Assembly: GCA_963842085.1 (NCBI GenBank)
Contig: CAWJET010000002.1
Span: 672,001-736,000, forward strand
Reading direction: 5' to 3'
From: an uncultured delta proteobacterium
GTDB taxonomy: Bacteria; Desulfobacterota; Binatia; Binatales; Binataceae
Length of the DNA: 64,000 bases
Under the pieces are notes generated by a model. It was given only the letters and a program-made list of their open reading frames with translations. It ran no database searches and had not been told where the DNA came from. The translations under genes and the position numbers were made by a program. This document shows, in pieces, positions 56,589 to 64,000 of the stretch (within the stretch, counting starts at the first letter, position 1; the number at the start of each line of letters is the position of its first letter).

Positions 56589-58034
56589 TCAGGCGGGCTG
56601 CTCAATTCGGCGGACGGCGGCGTTAAGGCGCTCGACGGTTCGGCGCTTGCCGAGCACAGCGATCACTTCGTAAATCCCGGGACTTACGGTGCCGCCGGTA
56701 AGCGCGACGCGGACTGGCTGCGCAAGTTGCCCGAGCTTGAGGTTGAATCTCGCCAAAACAGATTCGAAAACCGCCTGCACCGACGCCTCGGAGACCTCGC
56801 CCTCATGCGACTCGAGCTCGGCCGCCAACGCGCGGATTGGTTCCGCGACTTCCGGCTTCAGGAATTTCGCCGCGGCCTTCGCATCGATCGCAATGTCATC
56901 CCTCAGATAGAACGATGCAAAGTCAACCAGCTCAACTAGCGTCTTGGCGCGCTCGTGCAGCGTCGCGACCGCTTTTTCGAGCCACCCGTCGTCGCCCGGA
57001 ATCGGCCATCGGCGTTTCGCGATGAACGGCTTGACCTCAGCCACCAGTCGCGGGAGCGGGCGCTCTTTCAGGTAATGGAAATTCAGCCAGAGCAATTTCT
57101 CGGGGTTAAATACGCCAGCTGACTTTCCGCATGCCTCAAAGCCGAAATAACTGATCAGTTCGTGCTTCGAGAAAATCTCCTGGTCACCATGCGACCATCC
57201 AAGCCGCGCCAGGTAGTTCAGCATCGCCTCAGGAAAATAACCGTTCTCGCGGTACGCGATTACGGAAGTCGCGCCGTGGCGCTTTGACAGCGGCGATCCG
57301 TCCGGCCCCAGCACTTGCGGCAAATGGGCAAAGGCCGGTGGCGTGAACCCGAGCGCGTAGGCCATCTGCATCTGCCGCGGAGTGTTCGAGACGTGATCGT
57401 CGCCGCGAACGATGTGCGTGATGCGCATGTCGACGTCGTCGAGGATGCTCGCGAAGTTGTAAATCGGCCAGCCATCCGAACGCACGATGATGAAGTCGTC
57501 GAGCTCGGCGTTCTGAAAGACCATTCGGCCCTTCACCAGGTCATCGACAACCGTCTCGCCGTCCAACGGCATCGCGAACCGGATCGTATAGTTGCGGCCG
57601 GCGGCTTTGTCGGGCAACGGCGAGTCCGCGGCGAAGTCGAGCCCGCGGCATTTGCGATCGTAAACCGGCCGGCGATGCTCGCGCTCAGCCTGCTTGCGCT
57701 TGGCGTCGAGTTCTTCCGCCGAGCAGTAGCACGGGTAGGCTTTTCGCTCGCGCAGCAGTTTCAGCGCGGCTTCGCGATGCCGCTCGACTCGATTGGCCTG
57801 AAAATATGCCGCGTCGGGCGGACCCTCGTCCCACTCCATCCCGAGCCAATTCAAATCCGCCAGGATTTCCTCGAGCGACTGCTTCGTCGAGCGCTCGCGA
57901 TCCGTGTCGTCGATGCGCAGTATGAATTGCCCGTGGTTGTGCCGCGCGTACAGGTACGCGAACAGCCCCGAGCGAACGTTGCCGATGTGCAGCGAGCCGG
58001 TCGGGCTCGGCGCAAAGCGCGTGCGAACCGTCAC
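56589..58034 (-). CDS. gltX: Glutamate--tRNA ligase
   Basis: RFAPSPTG.LHIG, RIDDTD, RGDDH, LSKRHG. Confidence 0.96.
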   Translation of the reverse strand: MTVRTRFAPSPTGSLHIGNVRSGLFAYLYARHNHGQFILRIDDTDRERSTKQSLEEILADLNWLGMEWDEGPPDAAYFQANRVERHREAALKLLRERKAYPCYCSAEELDAKRKQAEREHRRPVYDRKCRGLDFAADSPLPDKAAGRNYTIRFAMPLDGETVVDDLVKGRMVFQNAELDDFIIVRSDGWPIYNFASILDDVDMRITHIVRGDDHVSNTPRQMQMAYALGFTPPAFAHLPQVLGPDGSPLSKRHGATSVIAYRENGYFPEAMLNYLARLGWSHGDQEIFSKHELISYFGFEACGKSAGVFNPEKLLWLNFHYLKERPLPRLVAEVKPFIAKRRWPIPGDDGWLEKAVATLHERAKTLVELVDFASFYLRDDIAIDAKAAAKFLKPEVAEPIRALAAELESHEGEVSEASVQAVFESVLARFNLKLGQLAQPVRVALTGGTVSPGIYEVIAVLGKRRTVERLNAAVRRIEQPA

Positions 58035-58035
58035 C

Positions 58036-59565
58036 TCACTCCCACTCGATCGTCGCCGGCGGCTTCGACGTGATGTCGTAAACGACGCGGTTGACGCCCT
58101 TGACCTCGTTGGTAATCCGGCTCGAGACGCGCGCGAGAAACGCCGGCTCCAGCCGCGCCCAGTCCGCCGTCATCCCGTCCATCGACTCGACCGCGCGAAT
58201 TGCAATCACGCTTTCGTAGCTCCGCCCGTCGCCCATCACGCCGACTGTCTTGAGCGGCAGCAGCACCGCGAATGCCTGCCACAGTTTGAGTCCGAAGCCG
58301 GCGGCCGCCGTTTCTTCCATGACGATCGCGTCCGCGCGCCGCAGCAGGTCGAGCCGCTCGCGCGTGACCTCGCCTACGATTCGCACCGCCAGCCCTGGTC
58401 CCGGGAACGGCTCGCGCTCGACGACCTCCGCCGCCAGCCCGAGCCGCCGTCCCACTTCGCGCACTTCATCCTTGAATAACTCGCGCAGCGGTTCGACGAG
58501 TTCCAGCCGCATCCGCTCCGGCAATCCGCCGACATTGTGATGGCTCTTGATCACCACCGACGGGCCCTTGAACGATACCGACTCGATCACGTCCGGATAG
58601 AGCGTCCCCTGCCCGAGAAATTTCGCACCCCGCACGACTTCCTCGGACTCAAACACGTCGATGAAAGTGTGCCCGATGATGCGCCGCTTCTGCTCGGGGT
58701 CCAGCACGCCCGCCAGCCGCGACAGAAAAAGCTCGGACGCATCTGTAACCTTTAAATCGATCCCGAGCTGGCCCGCGAACGTATGCTCCATCCGCTCGCG
58801 CTCGCCCGCGCGCAGCAGTCCCGTGTCGACGAACACGCAATGCAGCCGCGAGCCGATCGCGCGATGTATCAGCGCCGCCGCCACGGAAGAATCAACGCCC
58901 CCTGACAGTCCCATCAGTACCTTGTCCGTCGGCCCGACCTGCTTGCGAATCTCCGCGAGTTTGGTCTCGACAAAATTCGCCATTGTCCAGTCGCCGCGCT
59001 CGCCGCAAATTTTCAGCACGAAGTTGCGCAGCACCTGCGCGCCGCACGAAGTATGCACGACCTCCGGATGAAACTGGATTCCACGAACGCGCCCGTCGCG
59101 CGATTTGAACGCCGCGTACGGCGAGTTGTCGCTATGCGCGATCGCGCACAGCGTGCCCGGAAGCGCCTCGACCCTGTCGCCGTGACTCATCCAGACGCGC
59201 TGCTCGCGACCGCTAAGCCCCTCGAACAGCACGTCGTCGCCCTCGATCACCAGCGTCGCGGGACCGTACTCGCGCTGCCGCGAGCCGACGCTGCGCGCGC
59301 CCATGTGCTGCGCGATAACGTACAGCCCGTAGCAGATTCCGAGCACGGGGCAGCCGAGGTGGAGCACCTCGTCGGAAATATCAGGCGCATTTTCCTCGTA
59401 GAGACTCGCCGGTCCGCCGGAAAGGATTATCCCGCGCGGATTCAGCGCGCGGATTTTTTCCGGCGCCAGGTTGAACGGATGGATTTCGCAATACACGTTC
59501 GCTTCGCGCACGCGCCGCGCAATCAGCTGCGTGTACTGGCTGCCGAAATCTAAAATCAGGATCAC
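58036..59565 (-). CDS. guaA: GMP synthase (glutamine-hydrolysing)
   Basis: LDFGSQY, GICYG, QFHPEV, SGGVDS, KSHHNVGG, KPPATIEWE; probable GTG start at 59565. Confidence 0.97.
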   Translation of the reverse strand: MILILDFGSQYTQLIARRVREANVYCEIHPFNLAPEKIRALNPRGIILSGGPASLYEENAPDISDEVLHLGCPVLGICYGLYVIAQHMGARSVGSRQREYGPATLVIEGDDVLFEGLSGREQRVWMSHGDRVEALPGTLCAIAHSDNSPYAAFKSRDGRVRGIQFHPEVVHTSCGAQVLRNFVLKICGERGDWTMANFVETKLAEIRKQVGPTDKVLMGLSGGVDSSVAAALIHRAIGSRLHCVFVDTGLLRAGERERMEHTFAGQLGIDLKVTDASELFLSRLAGVLDPEQKRRIIGHTFIDVFESEEVVRGAKFLGQGTLYPDVIESVSFKGPSVVIKSHHNVGGLPERMRLELVEPLRELFKDEVREVGRRLGLAAEVVEREPFPGPGLAVRIVGEVTRERLDLLRRADAIVMEETAAAGFGLKLWQAFAVLLPLKTVGVMGDGRSYESVIAIRAVESMDGMTADWARLEPAFLARVSSRITNEVKGVNRVVYDITSKPPATIEWE

Positions 59566-59644
59566 TGTATACTGAAATATACCGGACGCCGCGCGGGGTA
59601 AGAAACGCCGGCGCGCTCGACCCTCCACAAGCGATGCGACCGTC

Positions 59645-61096
59645 CTATGCGCGCACCGGCTTGCTTCGCGGCGCGGGCCGGCCGCGAGGCTTGCCGCGCG
59701 GCCGCGCCGGCGGACTGCCCTGCACCCACGAGCGGCCGGTGCGCCGAAAATCGAGCCGCAGCGGAGTGCCGACCAGCTCCAGCGCTTTTCGGAATCGTGT
59801 TTCGATGAAGCGCACGTAATGTGCCGGGATGCCGCGTTCGACGTTGGTGAAAAATCGAAGCCGCGGCGGCGCGCTGCCGACCTGCGTCACGTACATCAGG
59901 TTCAAGCGCCGCCTGTCCACCTGCGGCGGATCCATCGCGGCCGTCGCCTCGGCCAGCGTTCGATTAAGCCGCGAGGTCTGAAAAACTGCGCGCCACGAAT
60001 CTCCCGCAGCAATCGCCGCCGGAATGATCCCATCGACGCCGTCGCCCGTCACCGCCGACGTGAACACCATCGTCGCATACTCGAGGAACGGGTAGCGCTC
60101 GTGCGCGTCGCGGACGAACGCCGCCACTTTGCGTCCCTGCTTCGCCGCGACGTCCCACTTGTTGCACACGATCACCATCGCGCGATCGCTGGTGTCCGCC
60201 AGCCGCGCCAGCCGCGCGTCCTGGTCGGTGATCCCCTCACTCGCATCGATCACCAGCAGCACCACGTTGGCGCGCCGAATCGTTTCGATCGCCCTCCCGA
60301 CCGAATGATGTTCGAGTTCGCCTTCGACCCGCGGCGGCCTGCGGATTCCTGCCGTGTCGATCAACAGCACTTCGCGGCCATGCGACGCGAGCCGCACGTC
60401 CACCGGGTCGCGCGTCGTGCCGGGGCTGTCGTCCACGATCGCGCGCTCGAAGCCCGACAGGCGATTGAGCAGCGAGGACTTGCCCACGTTGGGGCGGCCG
60501 ATCAACGCGAGCCTCAAGTCAGGCGACGCGGCAGCGGCGCTTTCGTTCTTGGGCATTCGCGCTACAACTTGATCGAGCAGCTCATCGACTCCACGCCCGT
60601 GCGCCGCCGAGATGAAAAACAACTCGTCGCCGCCAAGCGCGTAGAACTCTGAGGCATCGGCTTCCTGTCCCGGACCATCGATCTTGTTGACCGCCATGAG
60701 CAGCGGGCATCCGGTTGCGCGCACCAGCGCTAGCGCCTCTGCGTCGGCCTCGCTAAGCCCGGCCTTGCCATCGAGGATGAATACGACAACGTCCGCCACG
60801 CCCACCGCGGCAAGCGCCTCGCTGACAATCCGCTCCGTCATCCGCTCATGCCCGCCAAGCTCCAGGCCGCCGCTATCGACCACGACGAATTCGCGATTGC
60901 CGTATTTGGCGCGCGCGAAGTTCAGATCGCGCGTAGTGCCCGGAATCGCGCTGGTGATCGCGCGCCCGCCCTTGGCTATTCGATTGAACAGCGTCGATTT
61001 GCCCGCGTTCGCGCGCCCCACCAGCACCACGGCCGGCAGTCCTTCGGCCGCAATCCGCCGCGCCTCGGCGCCCGAATCTCTGCGCGCATTCGTCAC
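59645..61096 (-). CDS. der: Ribosome biogenesis GTPase Der
   Basis: Two G domains (GRANAGKS, GRPNVGKS), TTRD, DTAG, C-terminal KH-like domain. Confidence 0.95.
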   Translation of the reverse strand: MTNARRDSGAEARRIAAEGLPAVVLVGRANAGKSTLFNRIAKGGRAITSAIPGTTRDLNFARAKYGNREFVVVDSGGLELGGHERMTERIVSEALAAVGVADVVVFILDGKAGLSEADAEALALVRATGCPLLMAVNKIDGPGQEADASEFYALGGDELFFISAAHGRGVDELLDQVVARMPKNESAAAASPDLRLALIGRPNVGKSSLLNRLSGFERAIVDDSPGTTRDPVDVRLASHGREVLLIDTAGIRRPPRVEGELEHHSVGRAIETIRRANVVLLVIDASEGITDQDARLARLADTSDRAMVIVCNKWDVAAKQGRKVAAFVRDAHERYPFLEYATMVFTSAVTGDGVDGIIPAAIAAGDSWRAVFQTSRLNRTLAEATAAMDPPQVDRRRLNLMYVTQVGSAPPRLRFFTNVERGIPAHYVRFIETRFRKALELVGTPLRLDFRRTGRSWVQGSPPARPRGKPRGRPAPRSKPVRA

Positions 61097-61980
61097 AGTC
61101 CGAACTCCGCGAGCTTGCGCGGATCGCTGGTCCAGTCGCGCTCGACTTTGACGATGATCTCCAAAAACACGCGCGACCCAAGAATTTCCTCGAGCTCGAG
61201 CCGCGCCGCCGTGCCGATCTCCTTGAGCGTGCGCCCGCCCGCGCCAATCAGCATGCCTTTGTGGGACTCGCGATCGACCACCATCGTCGCGCCGATCCGC
61301 TTGAGCCTGCGTTCCGCGTCGTCCTCGAATTTCTCCACTCTGACCGCGGTCGAGAACGGAATCTCCTGGCGCATTTTCAGAAAAATTTTCTCGCGGATAA
61401 TTTCCTCGGCGATCATTCGTTCGGTCTGATCGGTGTATTCATCGGACGGCATCAGCGCTGGGCTCTCCGGCAGCATCCGCTTTAGCGTCAGCAACAGCTC
61501 GCCGACATTTTCGCCGGTAAGCGCGCTGACGGGCACGATTTCCGCACCGGAAAATCCGCAGTTGATTTCCTCGATCAGCGGCAGCAGTTGCGCGCGCGGG
61601 ACGCGATCGACCTTGTTGATCGCGACGAGTGTCGGCCGGCCGAGCGCGCGGATGTCCACCAGCACCGCGCGATCCCCCGGGTTCAAATGATCGCCGGCTT
61701 CAACCACGGCCAGAATGACTTCACCCTCCGCGATTGCGCGGCGCGCCACCTGCACCATGCGCTGATTCAACTGCTTCTTCGCCTCGTGCAGTCCGGGCGT
61801 GTCGATCAGCAGGACCTGCGCGTCGGCGTCGCTGCGGATTCCGAGGATTCGCCGGCGGGTGGTCTGCGGCCTTGGCGTGACGATCGCGACCTTGTGCCCG
61901 ACCAGCCGGTTCACCAGCGTCGATTTGCCGACGTTGGAGCGGCCGGCGACCGCCACGAAACCTGCGCGACGCTCACTCAT
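61093..61980 (-). CDS. era: GTPase Era
   Basis: GRSNVGKS, QTTR, DTPG, NKVD, KH domain. Confidence 0.96.
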   Translation of the reverse strand: MSERRAGFVAVAGRSNVGKSTLVNRLVGHKVAIVTPRPQTTRRRILGIRSDADAQVLLIDTPGLHEAKKQLNQRMVQVARRAIAEGEVILAVVEAGDHLNPGDRAVLVDIRALGRPTLVAINKVDRVPRAQLLPLIEEINCGFSGAEIVPVSALTGENVGELLLTLKRMLPESPALMPSDEYTDQTERMIAEEIIREKIFLKMRQEIPFSTAVRVEKFEDDAERRLKRIGATMVVDRESHKGMLIGAGGRTLKEIGTAARLELEEILGSRVFLEIIVKVERDWTSDPRKLAEFGL

Positions 61981-62734
61981 GGCGCTCGCCGCGCTCTTCT
62001 TCTATCCGGTCCAGCGCGAGGCGTGCGGCCGCCTGCTCGCTCTGCTTCTTGCTGCCGCCTTCGGCCACGCCGAGATCACGGCCCGCAATTCGGATTCGAG
62101 TCGTGAAGCGCTTGGCGTGATCGGGTCCTTCCGTTCCGACCAGTTCGTACACCGGCTGCGTGCGAAAATGCCGGTACGCGACTTCCTGCAATTCGGTTTT
62201 GTAATCGCGCTCCGCGGCCGGGCCGCCGATATCGTTGGTGAACAGGCGCTCGACCACCAGCTGCGCCGGCGCGAGGCCGCCGTCGGTGTAGATCGCGCCA
62301 ATCACCGCCTCGAACACGGCCGCAAGAATCGAGGTCTTCTCGCGCCCGCCGCTTTTTTCTTCGCCTTTTCCCAGCCGGATCAACTCGTTCAATTCAATCG
62401 CCTGCGCCTTCAGCGCCAGCGTGCGCGCGTTCACAATCGACGCGCGCTGCTTGGACAGCGGGCCTTCCTTCGCCGTCGGAAATTTGCGCATCAGCAGGTC
62501 CGCGATCGCCAGATCGAGCACCGCGTCGCCAAGAAACTCCAGCCGCTCGTAATGGAGGTCGCTGCCGACCGACGCGCTCGGATGCGTCAGCGCCGTCTCC
62601 AGCAGTTCCGCCCGCGCGAACGAATAGCCGAGCACACGCTCGAGCTTGGTGCCGGGACTTTCAGGAGGCCCGGGCGCAGGCGGTTGGGTCCGCCCACGGC
62701 CGAACAATCTCCCCAACCAGTTGGGTACCTTCAA
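61973..62734 (-). CDS. rnc: Ribonuclease III
   Basis: ALTHPS, ERLEFLGDAVL, EAVIGAIY, dsRBD DYKTELQE..SKKQSEQ. Confidence 0.95.
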   Translation of the reverse strand: MKVPNWLGRLFGRGRTQPPAPGPPESPGTKLERVLGYSFARAELLETALTHPSASVGSDLHYERLEFLGDAVLDLAIADLLMRKFPTAKEGPLSKQRASIVNARTLALKAQAIELNELIRLGKGEEKSGGREKTSILAAVFEAVIGAIYTDGGLAPAQLVVERLFTNDIGGPAAERDYKTELQEVAYRHFRTQPVYELVGTEGPDHAKRFTTRIRIAGRDLGVAEGGSKKQSEQAAARLALDRIEEERGERHE

Positions 62735-63992
62735 CGGTTGACGCCTCCACCTCGACTTCGCGATTTGTCAGTTCATCGGGCCCCTGCGTCGATACCCGCA
62801 CGTAGTTGCGGCTGTAGCCGCGCAATTCGCCACCCGGCCCGCGTTCTTCAAGTAACACCTTAAGTTTTGCTCCGACGAACCTTCGTGCGAATTCCACCCG
62901 CTTGCGCTCGCCCAATTCGCGCATCAGCGCCGCGCGCCGCTTGATCTCGGCCGGCTTCACCCGCCCGGAAAACTTTGCGGCCGTAGTGCCGGCCCGGACC
63001 GAATACGGAAATACGTGAAAGTACGCGAGCGGCATCGATTCGACAAAGCTAAAGTACGACTCGAAATGCGCTCCCGTCTCGCCCGGAAACCCGACAATGA
63101 GATCGGTGCCAATCGCCGCGTCCGGCCACGCGCTCAGCACGCGCTCGACCCGATCGCGAAAATAGCAGCGGTCGTAACGGCGTCGCATCCGCGACAACGT
63201 CTCGTCGTCGCCCGACTGCAGCGGCAGATGCAGATGCGGGCAGAATTTTTCGCTGCCCGAAATTATTTCCGCTATCCGGTCGCTCAGCTCTTCCGGATCG
63301 AGCGAGCTTATCCGCACCCGCTCAAGCGGGCATCGCTCGGCGATCATCTCGAGCAGGTCGGCCAGCTCAACCGGCGGCTCGAGATCCTTGCCGTAGCCGC
63401 CAAGATGCACTCCAGTGAGAACGACTTCCTTGAAGCCGCGCGCATGAAGATCGTCGAGCGCCGCCATCACGCGGCGCGGCTCGACGCTGCGCGAGCTGCC
63501 CCGCGAAAACGGCACGATGCAGAACGTGCAGAACTGGTCGCAGCCCTCCTGCAATTTCAGAAATGCGCGCGTATGACCGTCGAGCGTGACCGCGGCCATT
63601 TCAATCTGCGCTTTTTCCTTGCGCAGGTTCGTGACCATCACGCGCTCGCCCGCTCCCGAAGCGGCCGCGCGTTCGAGGTCGTCGAGCCGGCCGAGTCCGA
63701 TCACCGCATCGACCTCCGCCGCTTTCGCCAGCACGTCGGGGCTCGCTTGCGCCAGGCATCCGGTCATGACCACGCGCGCGTTCGGATTGAGCCGCCGCGC
63801 GCGCCGCGCGAGCCGCAGACTCTCAGCGTCGGCGCGATCCGTAATCGTGCAGGTGTTGACGACATAGACGTCGGCTTGCTCGGTGAACTCGCGTCGCTCC
63901 ATGCCGCGCGCGCCCAGCCGCGACTCGATAATGGCCGAATCGTACTGATTGACCTTGCATCCGAGCGTGGCGATTGCGAAGCGCGTCGCCAT
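62661..63992 (-). CDS. mtaB: tRNA t6A methylthiotransferase
   Basis: TLGCKVNQYDS, NTCTIT, KLQEGCDQFCTFC, HVFPYS.R.GT. Confidence 0.93.
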   Translation of the reverse strand: MATRFAIATLGCKVNQYDSAIIESRLGARGMERREFTEQADVYVVNTCTITDRADAESLRLARRARRLNPNARVVMTGCLAQASPDVLAKAAEVDAVIGLGRLDDLERAAASGAGERVMVTNLRKEKAQIEMAAVTLDGHTRAFLKLQEGCDQFCTFCIVPFSRGSSRSVEPRRVMAALDDLHARGFKEVVLTGVHLGGYGKDLEPPVELADLLEMIAERCPLERVRISSLDPEELSDRIAEIISGSEKFCPHLHLPLQSGDDETLSRMRRRYDRCYFRDRVERVLSAWPDAAIGTDLIVGFPGETGAHFESYFSFVESMPLAYFHVFPYSVRAGTTAAKFSGRVKPAEIKRRAALMRELGERKRVEFARRFVGAKLKVLLEERGPGGELRGYSRNYVRVSTQGPDELTNREVEVEASTVEGTQLVGEIVRPWADPTACARAS

Positions 63993-64000
63993 AGTCAGCT

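Overview
High-GC bacterial chromosome segment. Gene content and protein style suggest a deltaproteobacterial-type organism such as Candidatus Binatota; this is an inference and was not verified. Most of the window is housekeeping: dnaG (partial), prmA-rsmE-gshB, tRNA-Phe, mrp-dksA-rimO-lolA-ftsK-rnj, ssb, ilvB, acnA, lhr, clpP, gltX-guaA-der-era-rnc-mtaB. The best candidate for an undescribed system is an 11-kb co-oriented lipid cluster at 4758-15417. It encodes a TetR regulator, a HAD-IB phosphatase, a LarA(DUF2088)-fold protein and a 1459-aa reductase/adenylation/ACP/acyltransferase enzyme with the architecture of the myxobacterial ether-lipid enzyme ElbD. These are followed by a CX5R phosphatase, a phosphatidylcholine synthase and an unrecognised two-domain hydrolase, which together suggest an ether-phosphatidylcholine pathway. 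Other notable items: a 6-unit ~39-bp tandem array of CGTC-type REP-like elements (30843-31055); a mosaic patch (40232-44098) with a GluR0-like channel lacking the K+ filter and two gene relics; a frameshifted HMA-TauE chimera; a long intergenic hairpin next to lhr; several probable leaderless genes; and an RNase III that starts inside mtaB. I saw no integrase, transposase, CRISPR array or rRNA. All family calls come from motif recognition by eye, not database searches.
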